Counted from the whole stretch's first letter, positions 36,723-48,437 are shown. The stretch is 62,790 bases of DNA, filler included, from an uncultured Methanosarcinales archaeon (GCA_964608065.1; 8 parts of 8 records of this genome joined end to end with filler, not necessarily neighbours in it); one strand, 5' to 3'. Notes: generated by a model not told the origin, from the sequence alone. Program-made: numbers and translations.

Positions 36723-39005
36723 ATGATAATATGTAAAGATGGTAAAAGGGAAGGTGAAATGAGAAATGGTTTTGAAGATGGTTTTATACCACTAGAACCA
36801 TTAGACTTGTCTAAAATCAAAAATTTTGATGATTTAGCTAAATCTATGTCTCATACTGCTTTTGCTGGACGTGCTCTAGGTGAAGCAGTAGATGTTTTTG
36901 AAGCAATGGTCAAAGACCCTGATTGTTTTGTAGTCCTTACATTATCAGGAGCGATGACTCCTGCAAAAATGGGCTTGATTGTATGCGATATGATAGATAA
37001 AGGAATGGTTAATGCAGTTGTCTCAACTGGATCTTTAATGACTCATGGATTTGTAGAAGCACAAGGAATGACTCATTTTAAATATGAACTAGGAAAAATG
37101 AATGATAAAGAGTTGTACTATAAAGGCTATGACAGAATTTATGATATAATTGAATTAGAGAAGAATCTAGATGATACTGAGTTGATATTTAGGGAGATTA
37201 TGAAAGATTTAAATCTTGATGAAGTTTTGTGCAGCAGAAGGATTCTTGAAGAATGCGGAAAATGGTTAAAGAAAAATACAAAAGGAAGAGGTATATTAAA
37301 AAGCGCTTTTGAAAAGAAAGTTCCAGTCTATGTTCCTGCATTCACAGACTGTGAGATGGGGCTTGATTTTGGTATTTATAATCTTAGAAAAGAAAAATTC
37401 AAGGAAAAACCATTTAGATTCGATCCTTTCCTTGATCTAAACCATTTTACAGAATTAATCAAAAAACAAAAGAAACTAGGAATCTTTACAATTGGCGGTG
37501 GTGTTCCAAGAAACTGGGCACAGCAAGTTGCCCCTTATATTGATATAATTAACAAAAGAATGGAAAACCAATGTCCTGATTGTGAGGGCAAAGGTTGTAA
37601 AAAGTGCGGAAATAAAGGTTATTTGAAAGATAGAGGAGTTCCTGGAACAATGTATACTTATGGTGTAAGGATATGTCCTGAGCCGGTGCATTGGGGAGGA
37701 TTATGTTTGCACGGAGATACAAAAATAGAAATCCCTAGAAACCTAGAAGAAGCTCCTGAAGGAGTACCTATTAGAAATCTTGCTGGAATGTCTAATATTC
37801 CCGTCTATTCTTTCGATAGTACTAAAAAAAGAATATGTATATCTAATATAAGACATGTGTTAAAAACAGGAAAAAAGAAGCTCTACAAGATCAAATTTTC
37901 TTGGATCTCTGGTTGGGGCCAAAAAGAAAAAAAACTAAACAGCAGATATATAGTTGCTTCAGCTGATCATAAATTTCTTATGCGTGATGGTAAATACAAA
38001 AAGGTTTCTGAATTAAAGTCAAATGATCGGTTAATGCCTTTTAATACTTATTATAAAGCAGATACGCATGGGGATTATAGGTTTATTAGTCTGAATAACG
38101 GAAAAAGAATTGCTGAACACCATCTTATAGCACAGGCAATGTTAGAGGAGCCTTTTGATGTAGATGACGTTGTTCATCATAAAGATCATAATACTCTAAA
38201 CAATGATATCAATAATTTAATTGTTATGAATAAAAGAAAACATATAAGTTATCACCGCTCTGTTGAGACCTTGGAAACAAGGAAAAAACGAGCTAAAACC
38301 CTTTCAGAGATTTCTGATCCGGAAAAAATGAGAAAAAAATCAATGAAGTTCTGGAATAATCTCACTAAAGGGGAATATGAATTGTTATGTTTAAATAGAA
38401 AGGAAGTAGCATTAAATCCCAAGGAAAGAATTAGAATATCTAATGTATCAAAGACTTACTGGAATAAGTTATCAAAAGAACAAAAAAAAATAAGGCTAAT
38501 AAACGCGCATAATGCTACAAAACAAAGATGGTCAGAAATGGATCCTGAAGTAAGATCCAAGTTAGTATTAAATGAAAAAAATCCTAAATTCATAAAAGGG
38601 ATTGCAGAAGATAAAGTAAAAGATGCATTAATTAAAGAGAATGGGTCTATAAAGAACGCAGCAAAAAAGCTTGATGTTAGTGTGAAAGTATTAAACAAAA
38701 GAAGAGAAATATATGGAATAAACAGGGATTGGATATCCCAAAATTGTATAGAAAATCATTTTGTTACATCTGTAGAATATTATGGTGAAGACGAAACTTA
38801 TGATATTACAGTGGACAACACCCACAACTTTGTCGCAAATGGGATTGTTGTATCAAATAGTGGCTGTACTTATAGTGAAGGTGTTTCATGGGGAAAATTC
38901 AAACCTAAATCAGAAGGTGGAAGATGGGCAGAAGTTTTAGCTGATGCTACTATAGCTTGGCCAATTATTGTCAAAGCTGTTATGGAAAGACTAAATATTA
39001 AATAA
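36723..39005 (+). CDS. Deoxyhypusine synthase-like protein 2, intein-containing
   Basis: LSGAMTPA, GYDRIYD, GGGVPRNW, WGGL|SGCT, EGVSWGK, DATIAWP. Confidence 0.9.
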   Translation: MIICKDGKREGEMRNGFEDGFIPLEPLDLSKIKNFDDLAKSMSHTAFAGRALGEAVDVFEAMVKDPDCFVVLTLSGAMTPAKMGLIVCDMIDKGMVNAVVSTGSLMTHGFVEAQGMTHFKYELGKMNDKELYYKGYDRIYDIIELEKNLDDTELIFREIMKDLNLDEVLCSRRILEECGKWLKKNTKGRGILKSAFEKKVPVYVPAFTDCEMGLDFGIYNLRKEKFKEKPFRFDPFLDLNHFTELIKKQKKLGIFTIGGGVPRNWAQQVAPYIDIINKRMENQCPDCEGKGCKKCGNKGYLKDRGVPGTMYTYGVRICPEPVHWGGLCLHGDTKIEIPRNLEEAPEGVPIRNLAGMSNIPVYSFDSTKKRICISNIRHVLKTGKKKLYKIKFSWISGWGQKEKKLNSRYIVASADHKFLMRDGKYKKVSELKSNDRLMPFNTYYKADTHGDYRFISLNNGKRIAEHHLIAQAMLEEPFDVDDVVHHKDHNTLNNDINNLIVMNKRKHISYHRSVETLETRKKRAKTLSEISDPEKMRKKSMKFWNNLTKGEYELLCLNRKEVALNPKERIRISNVSKTYWNKLSKEQKKIRLINAHNATKQRWSEMDPEVRSKLVLNEKNPKFIKGIAEDKVKDALIKENGSIKNAAKKLDVSVKVLNKRREIYGINRDWISQNCIENHFVTSVEYYGEDETYDITVDNTHNFVANGIVVSNSGCTYSEGVSWGKFKPKSEGGRWAEVLADATIAWPIIVKAVMERLNIK
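37704..38858 (+). mobile_element. Intein (385 aa) with HNH homing endonuclease
   Basis: CLHGDTKI start; ASADHKF block B; EHH..VHHKDHNTLNNDINNL..H..YH; YDITVDNTHNFVANGIVVSN + Ser+1. Confidence 0.92.
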
Positions 39006-39024
39006 TTAAACAAGGTGATATAAA

Positions 39025-39510
39025 ATGAACATATACAAAAATATTTTTGGAATTGAATTTAACTGGAAAAATGCAATGTTACTTATATTTTTAGCAGCAT
39101 TGCCAAATGTTGTTGGATTATTCCATACAACAATCTTCGGAATAAGAATACACTTTTTTCAGTATCTGATATTTTTGGCAGCAATGATATATGGTCCTGC
39201 AGGAGGAGCAATGGCAGGAGCATTTGGTTCAATACATACAGCAATTGCTTTGCATAATCCTTACATTGTTATTGGCAACATAATTCTGGGAGTATTTGTA
39301 GGATTATTCTACAAAAGAATTAACATAGTTTTAGCAGTATTATTAGCATACGCAATTCAACTGCCATGGCTATGGATGACAGATATTTATTTAGCAGGAA
39401 TGCCAGTTAATGTAGTAAATGGTGTTGTTCTAGGCTTATTAGTAAGCAACACAATAATGGCATTTATTGCTTGGGGGACAGCTAAGAAGATTAAGCAGCT
39501 AGTTATGTAA
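39025..39510 (+). CDS. ECF transporter S-component-like membrane protein
   Basis: 161 aa, ~5-6 TM segments, YGPAGGAMAG motif. Confidence 0.7.
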   Translation: MNIYKNIFGIEFNWKNAMLLIFLAALPNVVGLFHTTIFGIRIHFFQYLIFLAAMIYGPAGGAMAGAFGSIHTAIALHNPYIVIGNIILGVFVGLFYKRINIVLAVLLAYAIQLPWLWMTDIYLAGMPVNVVNGVVLGLLVSNTIMAFIAWGTAKKIKQLVM

Positions 39511-39903
39511 ATGAAATTACTAGAATTTGAGGATATAGTAAAAAGAATCAATAAAACAAAGTTTCCTAAACTTGATTTTATTGTAGCCATAGGCCGTGGA
39601 GGCCTAATTCCGGCTTCTTTAATTGCAAAACATCTTAATAAAGACCTTAAAGTTCTATGGTTGAAATTCAAAGATGATAAAAACAAAGAGATATACAAAA
39701 AACCAAAACTATTGAAAAAAATTGATTTTATATACAAAAATAAAAATATACTGTTAGTGGATGATTTCTCAAAAACAGGAAAAACATTTAGAGAAGCAAA
39801 AAACATTTTAAAAGGCGCAAAAATAAAAACCTTTGTAATAAATGGCAAAGCAGACTACAACTTATACAGGTATCCGTGCTGTGTGGAATTTCCCTGGACC
39901 TAG
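39511..39903 (+). CDS. Type I phosphoribosyltransferase
   Basis: IGRGGLIPA, ILLVDDFSKTGKT, FPW. Confidence 0.85.
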   Translation: MKLLEFEDIVKRINKTKFPKLDFIVAIGRGGLIPASLIAKHLNKDLKVLWLKFKDDKNKEIYKKPKLLKKIDFIYKNKNILLVDDFSKTGKTFREAKNILKGAKIKTFVINGKADYNLYRYPCCVEFPWT

Positions 39904-40013
39904 GAAAAGATTTATACGAGAGAAATGCATAGCATTTCTAAGTATAAAGCTCTTGGAACGGGGTTCCAAAAGCTTTATATATGATTAATTAAATCAAAGC
40001 ATTTGGTGATAAT

Positions 40014-40351
40014 ATGGTAATAATTGGATTTAATTTTACAAAGATGGATGTTGAAAGAAAAGAACAAGTAAGTGGAAAGATAAATATAAGCAACAATGTT
40101 AGTATAAAAAAAGTTGAAGAACACAAACTGTCTCTTGGTGCTGGAAAAGAATCATCCTTAAAGTTTACATTTGAATTTACTTCTAAATATAAGCCAGAAG
40201 TAGGTAACATAACTTTATTAGGGGATGTGATATTTATGGCTGAAGAAAAACAAGTAAAAGAGATTCTAAAGTCATGGAACAAAGATAAAAAAATACCTAA
40301 AGAAGTAATGTCTAATGTCTTGAACAATGTCTTGGTAAAATGCAATATACA
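40014..40351 (+). CDS. Conserved hypothetical protein (3' truncated)
   Basis: MVIIGFNFTK..FTFEFTSKY.P.VG.I; GGTGA RBS. Confidence 0.7.
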
Positions 40352-40451
40352 NNNNNNNNNNNNNNNNNNNNNNNNNNNNNNNNNNNNNNNNNNNNTTAAT
40401 TAATTAANNNNNNNNNNNNNNNNNNNNNNNNNNNNNNNNNNNNNNNNNNNN

Positions 40452-41625
40452 CAGGGCCTTCTGTGTAATATGCTGAATAATCTAGTTCTACTTCAATATG
40501 GCCTGTAGCTGAGGTAAGAGAGTGATTGCTTGAATTAATCAAAGCAAAATTAATTTGAGGCACTGTTACATTATAATTAGTTGGTTGTTCTCCTGTCATA
40601 TGCTCTAAACTAATATTCTTAGGAGTTCCTGGAAGTTTATATAATGTAAAGTTGAAGTTTGTTATATTTGTTGAGTCTATATTCAATGATATATTTTTTA
40701 GTGCTCCGTAATAATCATTACTTGATTTTGCTACCGCAAGCAACATAACATCAACACCCATAGTAGCTCCGATTAAAGTCATATTGAAGAATCCTTCACT
40801 TGTGTTAGTAATGTGAAAGTTATCAGTATAACCATCCCATGCGCTCATATTGTGGGGCATTGCTTGTCCAAAAAAAACCATACTTCCAGGTTCTATCAAG
40901 TAAGCAATAACATCTACATCATCAAATGTTACAGAACCATTTACCTTCATATAACCAGAAACCCTTTTTTTCTTTTCTGATGTGTCAAATGTTATGTTAA
41001 TAACTTTTGGAGAAGGGTATTTTGAAATATTATTCAAGTCATAGCTTATTGGCATAGAATTTTGAGGGTAGATCATTATTGAATAGCTTCTGTTAGCAGG
41101 AAGATGCGCTGTAAGATTAAGGGTTTGGGTCTGCCAATTAGACAATATTGGATAACCTAATATTTTATCTTTTATTTGATAAGTAAAACTTTTGCCACCT
41201 CCAGAAGAATTAGAGGCATTAATGTTTATTGTTGCAGCTTCTTTTAAATAGAAGTTTACAGCACTAATGTTTAGCATATTAGTGAATTCTGAGTGAGGGA
41301 AAGGAGGGAGTGATGCTCCTATAAAATCAACAACAGTTTTACTTGAATTAGTATCATTATACTTTTTTGGTATTAGTTTGTACATGTAACTGGCGTCATC
41401 TACTACAGGTACTGAATAGTATCCTGAACCATTGCTCATAGTTGAGTTTGATTCAAATAAAATATCAAAACTAGAGTAAACTTCAACTGTAACATTTACA
41501 TTTGGAGTAGCATTTCCTGTAATGTTGTACGTATATCCGCTAACATTCATTGTTGATGCATAAGCACTTACTGCAAAGCATATTAAGATTAATAACAATA
41601 TATTAAATTTTAGAATTCTTTTCAT
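40452..41625 (-). CDS. Large secreted glycoprotein (3' truncated)
   Basis: Signal peptide; beta-rich, many NxS/T sequons. Confidence 0.75.
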
Positions 41626-41730
41626 ATCAACCACCTTTTTTTTTTTTAAAAACATCTTTTGAATATAGCTTTCTATAACTATATAGTAAGTTATAAATAC
41701 TCATATAAAAATCTTTCTTTTTATTAGAAA

Positions 41731-42162
41731 ATGAAGAAACAATATAATGATCAATATTTTGAAGGAGTTTTACAATTAAGGAACCCTAACAAAGAGATAT
41801 TCAGATTTGTGAAAAAAAAAATAGAAGAAGCAGGGGAGTTCATATCAAAAGAAGTTAAGCAGAAAAATGGTTTTGATTGTTATATCAGTTCTCAAAAGTT
41901 TTTGAGAAGATTAGGAAAGAAGTTGCAGCAGAGCTTTAAAGGCGAGTTAAAGGTAAATTATCGTTTATTTTCCAGAGATAAGCAGACAAGCAAGGAGATA
42001 CACAGGATTAATGTTTTTTTTAGGGCTATTGATCATAAGAAAGACGATGTAATTGATTTTAAAGGCGATAAACTGAAGATTATAGGTATAGGCAAAGATG
42101 TGCTTTGCAGGAATGTTGAAACTGGTGAAAAAATCCATTTGGATTTCAGCAAAATTTCTTAA
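41731..42162 (+). CDS. NMD3-related protein
   Basis: YFEGVLQLR..GFDCYISSQK..LFSRDKQTSK..R..V.FR. Confidence 0.7.
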   Translation: MKKQYNDQYFEGVLQLRNPNKEIFRFVKKKIEEAGEFISKEVKQKNGFDCYISSQKFLRRLGKKLQQSFKGELKVNYRLFSRDKQTSKEIHRINVFFRAIDHKKDDVIDFKGDKLKIIGIGKDVLCRNVETGEKIHLDFSKIS

Positions 42163-42250
42163 CTACTTGATACTAATTCTACACTTATATAACCAAAACA
42201 TTTAAATATCCATAAATTAAATTTAGTTTAAAATAATGAGGTGAACATGG

Positions 42251-43249
<999 letters not shown>

Positions 43250-43257
43250 GATAGACA

Positions 43258-43623
43258 ATGATGCAGATAAAGGATTGGATAAGCTTCTTTGTAGGAGCTG
43301 CTGTCTTCTTGCTGGGATTTTTACCATTATTCAAGAAAATGGATATTTTACCTATAGCTGTATTCGCATATATTGCTTCTGCTGCTGGATTTTATCTAAT
43401 GATTAATTCTGTAATTGAGATCACAAACAGCAATATTATAGGGTGGTGGTCTTTTATAATTGCAGTTATTGTATTATTAATTGGACTTCCTCCTATGCTT
43501 AGTAGTTTTGGTGTTGGTCCAGCATGGTTTAATTTTACATGGGTTTCACAAACCATCTACCACATAATATTCATGGTAGAGGGCGCTTTCTTGATGATAG
43601 CATGTTTTGCAATGGAATTATAA
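43258..43623 (+). CDS. Four-TM membrane protein
   Basis: Hydrophobic segments; GAGGT RBS. Confidence 0.7.
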   Translation: MMQIKDWISFFVGAAVFLLGFLPLFKKMDILPIAVFAYIASAAGFYLMINSVIEITNSNIIGWWSFIIAVIVLLIGLPPMLSSFGVGPAWFNFTWVSQTIYHIIFMVEGAFLMIACFAMEL

Positions 43624-43624
43624 A

Positions 43625-44587
43625 ATGGTTCAATTTATTCCTAAGTATGTAGAGTATTCAAGAATTTTGGGAATATATACATTAGCTATAAGAATAAGGC
43701 AGTATTCCTGGTGGACGCAAGAACTATTAAGGAATATTAATCCTAATGTTAAAAAGCTTAAAGATACAGTTCATAAAATAAAAAAAAAAGAAAACTTCTA
43801 TAAAGACCTTACTGAAATAAAAAATAACTCTGGATTGTTAGCTTCTGAACTAGGGAAATGGATGCATTATCTTAAATTAATATATTTCCATAACTCTACT
43901 ATACTCTACCTGAATCTAAAGATTTTGTTAAATCTTTACAGCAAGGTAAAAGAAAGTAAAAAGAAAGTTGTGAATTTAAGAAAACATGAGAAAGAGAAGC
44001 AAAATAAAATAGTATTACAACACAAAATAAAACAAATACAAAAAGAAATAAAAGACATTTCTGAAGTTGACGATGAATTAATCGACTCTTTAAACTCTTT
44101 TAAAAAAGGCTTTAACAAATCATTAAGAAAAGGTTTCTCAATTAAAATATTTACATTATTAAAAGAACAGAGAATCAGCCAAAAGATGAAGATTAAGGCA
44201 AGGAAAATAAAAGAACTAGAGCCTAAAAGAAGGGCTGCAATGGCAAATCTTAATACTGAGAAAGAAAAAGATATAAAAAAAGTTACTAACTTAATTGAAA
44301 AAGAAATCCATGCAGTAGAAAAAGATGTTCTATATACTAGGCAGCTAATAAAAAAACTTAAAACAAAGAAATCTCATATTGAAAGTCTTATAAAACAATT
44401 GGGAAAGAAAATGTATAGGATGAAATTTGAAAGAGATGTAATAAACAGCACTTTGTTATTGTTAAATAAACCCTATGGGGAATTAGATAAAAAAATAGAG
44501 GAAGATACTAAGAAAATGTTCTATAATGCTTTACGTCAGTTGAATATGTCATCAAGGAAGTCCAGGCCATTAAAAATGGCTGCTTAA
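43625..44587 (+). CDS. Basic coiled-coil hypothetical protein
   Basis: Long Lys-rich ORF starting right after the previous stop. Confidence 0.65.
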   Translation: MVQFIPKYVEYSRILGIYTLAIRIRQYSWWTQELLRNINPNVKKLKDTVHKIKKKENFYKDLTEIKNNSGLLASELGKWMHYLKLIYFHNSTILYLNLKILLNLYSKVKESKKKVVNLRKHEKEKQNKIVLQHKIKQIQKEIKDISEVDDELIDSLNSFKKGFNKSLRKGFSIKIFTLLKEQRISQKMKIKARKIKELEPKRRAAMANLNTEKEKDIKKVTNLIEKEIHAVEKDVLYTRQLIKKLKTKKSHIESLIKQLGKKMYRMKFERDVINSTLLLLNKPYGELDKKIEEDTKKMFYNALRQLNMSSRKSRPLKMAA

Positions 44588-44671
44588 AAACCCAAACATT
44601 TAAATATAAATATATAATCCTAATATATAATATTTCTCCTTGTTGATTCACGAGGTAGAATAAAAAATGGT

Positions 44672-44777
44672 TACACGAGAAAATCTAGGATTTTTTGTGG
44701 ACTGGGAAATCCAAAGGATTTCCGGTCTCCCGAAAATTTTCAATTTTCGAGGATCCTAAACATCAAGGATTTTCATG
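44672..44777. repeat. Nested palindromic element in the slyD start region
   Basis: Ends match the reverse complement of 52745-52796; extra hairpins inside. Confidence 0.75.
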
Positions 44778-45437
44778 AAAATAAAAGACAAAAGTTTTGT
44801 TGAAATAGAATACACAGGTAAAACAAAAGAAGGACTTGTGTTTGATACTACAGATGAAAAAATAAGCAAAGATAGTGGTATCTATGATGAAAAGATGGAG
44901 TTTGGTCCTGTAACTATATGTGTTGGAGAGCAGCATGTAATCAAAGGTCTTGATAAAAATCTGATAGATAAAGAATTGGGATCTTATAAAATTGAACTAA
45001 TCCCAGAAGATGCTTTTGGAAAAAAATCAGCTAAACTTATACAGTTAATATCAACTTCAAAATTCAAACAGCAGGAGATAATGCCTATGCCTGGATTGCA
45101 GGTTAATATTGATGGTATTATTGGAGTAATAAAGACTGTGTCAGGCGGAAGGACTTTAGTGGATTTTAACCATCCTTTGGCTGGAAAAGACATTGTTTAT
45201 GATGTTAAGATAAACAGGATTGTGACAGATCCTAAAGAACAAATAAAATCATTTTTAAAAATTGGATTGAATCTGAAAGATGTTGAAGTTAAAGTAGAAA
45301 ACAATAAAGCAGATGTTTTATTACAGAAAGATATTCCAGAAGAAATCAAGGATAATTTAGTTAAGAAATTAAAAGAAATCACGAAAATAGATGCTGAATT
45401 TAAGCTAAAACCGTCAATAAACAATAAGAAAGTTTAA
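44775..45437 (+). CDS. slyD: FKBP-type peptidyl-prolyl isomerase (SlyD-like)
   Basis: IEYTG..VFDTT..PEDAFG..VDFNHPLAGK. Confidence 0.92.
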   Translation: MKIKDKSFVEIEYTGKTKEGLVFDTTDEKISKDSGIYDEKMEFGPVTICVGEQHVIKGLDKNLIDKELGSYKIELIPEDAFGKKSAKLIQLISTSKFKQQEIMPMPGLQVNIDGIIGVIKTVSGGRTLVDFNHPLAGKDIVYDVKINRIVTDPKEQIKSFLKIGLNLKDVEVKVENNKADVLLQKDIPEEIKDNLVKKLKEITKIDAEFKLKPSINNKKV

Positions 45438-45493
45438 ATATAAGTTATTACACTGAATGAATATAAATAAAAAAGAGCAGGTGGGAATAAAAT

Positions 45494-46591
45494 ATGGAAA
45501 CTATTATCAAAAATGCTACTGAGGTTTCAGATGCTGAACCTATAAAATATAATATTGTAGATACTGAACTAGAAGAAGTGCTTGGAAAACAAAAAGCAAC
45601 TATAAGGGTTATAGGAACTGGTGGCGGTGGAAATAACACTATAAACAGAATTTCAGAAGTAGGAGTTACAGGAACTGAAATAATCGCTATAAATACAGAT
45701 GCTCAAGACTTACTTTATACAACAGCTGATAAAAAAATACTAATTGGTAGGGATATTACGAAAGGAATGGGCGCTGGCTCAGACCCTAAATTAGGAGAAG
45801 AAGCCTGCAGAGAAAATGAGGCTGATATTAAGAAAGCATTACAAGGAGCAGATATGGTATTTATCACCTGCGGCTTAGGAGGAGGAACTGGTACTGGTTC
45901 TGCTCCAGTTATAGCTGAAATATCAAAAAAGATTGGCGCATTAACAGTTGGAGTTGTTACATTACCATTTGCAATGGAAGGCAACAGAAGATATGAGAAT
46001 GCTATTATGGGCCTGGAAAAATTAGAACAGATTGTTGACACATTAATAGTTATTCCTAATGATAAATTATTGGAATTAGCTCCGGATTTACCATTGCATA
46101 CTGCGTTTAAGGTTGCAGATGAAATCCTGACTAGTGCTGTTAAAGGAATTGCAGAGCTAGTAACCAAAGCAGGATTAGTTAACCTGGATTTTGCAGATAT
46201 AAGGGCTGTAATGTCTGGCGGAGGAGTTGCTTTGATTGGTGTTGGAGAATCTGACACTGAAAACAGGGCAGTTGAAGCAGTTGAAAAAGCTATTACAAAT
46301 CCTTTACTTGATGTTGATATTTCAGGAGCTAATGGAGCTTTAATCAATGTTGTTGGCGGTCCTGATATGACACTTGATGAAGCAAGAAAAGTTGTAGAGA
46401 CAGTCTCAGAGAAATTAGATGATGATGCAAGGATCATATGGGGAGCTCAGATATATGATGATCTTCCAAAGACAATAAGAACTATGCTGATTGTTACTGG
46501 AGTCAAAAGCTCACAAATATTTGGAAAGAAAACACCAGATAAAAGAAAAAAAGAAATTGAATCAGAACTGGGTATAGAGTTTGTAGATTAA
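45494..46591 (+). CDS. ftsZ: Cell division protein FtsZ
   Basis: GGGGNN, NTD, GGGTGTG, NLDFAD. Confidence 0.97.
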   Translation: METIIKNATEVSDAEPIKYNIVDTELEEVLGKQKATIRVIGTGGGGNNTINRISEVGVTGTEIIAINTDAQDLLYTTADKKILIGRDITKGMGAGSDPKLGEEACRENEADIKKALQGADMVFITCGLGGGTGTGSAPVIAEISKKIGALTVGVVTLPFAMEGNRRYENAIMGLEKLEQIVDTLIVIPNDKLLELAPDLPLHTAFKVADEILTSAVKGIAELVTKAGLVNLDFADIRAVMSGGGVALIGVGESDTENRAVEAVEKAITNPLLDVDISGANGALINVVGGPDMTLDEARKVVETVSEKLDDDARIIWGAQIYDDLPKTIRTMLIVTGVKSSQIFGKKTPDKRKKEIESELGIEFVD

Positions 46592-46592
46592 A

Positions 46593-46787
46593 ATGGACGA
46601 AGAAAAAAAGCCTTCTTTATTTTTTAAGTTAAAAAGATTTGCTATTGAATGTAAGAGGGTCTTAAAGATTACAAAGAAACCAAACAAGGAAGAGTTTAAA
46701 GTAATTGTTAAAGTATCTGGAGTAGGAATGATGATCATAGGACTAGTAGGATTTATAATACAAATGATAAAAAGATTGTTATTTTAA
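46593..46787 (+). CDS. secE: Protein translocase SecE/Sec61-gamma
   Basis: RVLKITKKPNKEEF..G..IIGLVGFII. Confidence 0.93.
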   Translation: MDEEKKPSLFFKLKRFAIECKRVLKITKKPNKEEFKVIVKVSGVGMMIIGLVGFIIQMIKRLLF

Positions 46788-46788
46788 A

Positions 46789-47319
46789 ATGGAAGAAGAA
46801 CAAAAAACAAAAATATTTGCGTTGAGGACAACTGCTAATAGGGAAGACCAGGTTATGGATTTTGTTACAAGTAATGCCCTAAAAAAAAAATTAGAAGTTT
46901 ATTCTGTAATAAGACCTCATGGAATGAGGGGCTATATTTTTGTAGAGGCTACAAAAAGGTCAGAGGCAGAGCAAGCTGCTTTTAATGTTCCATATGCAAG
47001 AGGAATTTTACCTAAAGAGATTCAGTACAAGGAAATAGAACACATGTTGGAGCAGGTTAAGAGAGATGTTAATATAAGGAAAAATGATATTGTTGAGATT
47101 ATCTCAGGTCCTTTCAAAAGAGAGAATGCTAAAATCACTAGAATAGATAAAACAAAAGAAGAAGTTGTTGTTGAGTTATTGGAAGCAGCAGTTCCTATTC
47201 CTATTACTGTAAAGATGGATGCAGTAAAGGTTATCAGAAGAGAGAGTGAAGAAGATTCTGATGAAGATGATGAAGAGAGAAAAAAACCTGAAGAAGGTTC
47301 AGGGCTTCCTAAACTGTGA
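46789..47319 (+). CDS. spt5: Transcription elongation factor Spt5
   Basis: GYIFVEA, DIVEIISGPFK KOW, VPIPITV. Confidence 0.95.
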   Translation: MEEEQKTKIFALRTTANREDQVMDFVTSNALKKKLEVYSVIRPHGMRGYIFVEATKRSEAEQAAFNVPYARGILPKEIQYKEIEHMLEQVKRDVNIRKNDIVEIISGPFKRENAKITRIDKTKEEVVVELLEAAVPIPITVKMDAVKVIRRESEEDSDEDDEERKKPEEGSGLPKL

Positions 47320-47386
47320 TAAGTAAAATAATTTCTTATTTAACTACCAAAAAGCTTATAAATGCTCTACAATTTTCAAGGCTACT

Positions 47387-48181
47387 ATGGCTAAAGAGAC
47401 TATTAAAGTTTTAATTGAAGGGGGGAAAGCAACAGCAGCACCACCATTAGGTCCAGCTTTAGGACCTTTAGGAGTCAATATTGGCCAGATTGTTATGGAT
47501 ATTAATAAAAAAACTGCTAGTTTTAAAGGAATGCAAGTTCCAGTTGAAGTTATTGTTGATAAAGATACTAAAGAACATAAAATTAAGGTTGGAACACCAC
47601 CTGCTTCTGCTTTGATTAAGAAAGAAGCTGGGCTTGAAAAAGGTTCTGGAAATCCATTACAGGATAAGGTTGCTGATTTAAGAATAGAACAGATTATTAA
47701 AATTGCAAAGATGAAAGAAGATTCTTTATTAGGCATAACATTAAAAGAAAAAGTAAAAGAAGTTATTGGAACATGTAATTCTATGGGAGTTATGGTTGGA
47801 AAAGTATCTGGAAAAGAAGCTATTCAGCATGTTAATGAAGGCAAATATGATAAGGAAATAAAAGAAGAGAAAACAGAGTTAAGCGCAGTAGAACTAAAAG
47901 AACAGGAAAAAGAAAGAAAGAAACTGGAAGAAGAGATTAAAGCAAGAAGAGCTGAGTTTGAAGCTAAAGCTAAAGAGATTATTGCAGCAATGGAAGGCAA
48001 GGAAAGAGGAGAAATCAAAGCAAAGATGGTTGAAGCAGAAATCCCAGATGCTATTATAAAAGAATTATTACCTGTAGAAGGTGCAGCAGCAGCTCCAGGA
48101 GCAGAAGGAGCACCATCTGTAGAAGGAGAATCTAAGGCAGGAGAAGCTCCAAAAGAAGAAGCTAAGGAAGAGAAGAAGTAA
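47387..48181 (+). CDS. rpl11: 50S ribosomal protein L11 with ~100-aa C-terminal extension
   Basis: GGKATAAPPLGPALGPLGVN, GTPPASALI, GTCNSMG. Confidence 0.95.
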   Translation: MAKETIKVLIEGGKATAAPPLGPALGPLGVNIGQIVMDINKKTASFKGMQVPVEVIVDKDTKEHKIKVGTPPASALIKKEAGLEKGSGNPLQDKVADLRIEQIIKIAKMKEDSLLGITLKEKVKEVIGTCNSMGVMVGKVSGKEAIQHVNEGKYDKEIKEEKTELSAVELKEQEKERKKLEEEIKARRAEFEAKAKEIIAAMEGKERGEIKAKMVEAEIPDAIIKELLPVEGAAAAPGAEGAPSVEGESKAGEAPKEEAKEEKK

Positions 48182-48365
48182 TNNNNNNNNNNNNNNNNNN
48201 NNNNNNNNNNNNNNNNNNNNNNNNNNTTAATTAATTAANNNNNNNNNNNNNNNNNNNNNNNNNNNNNNNNNNNNNNNNNNNNATTTTTTTATTGTTTTTT
48301 TCAATTATATTCATTTTAAATTTTTTAAAATAAAAAAAATATTTTTAAAAAAAAAAAAAAAAAAA

Positions 48366-48437
48366 AGCTCCCTGATCCTACTAGAACGATTATGCCAACC
48401 CTGTTCTTGTGTTAAGTTGGGGGTGTCTCAGGGAGCC
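48366..48437. ncRNA. Candidate small RNA: 9-bp closing stem around an H-type pseudoknot
   Basis: GCTCCCTGA/TCAGGGAGC; interleaved AGAAC..CCAAC..GTTCT..GTTGG. Confidence 0.35.
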
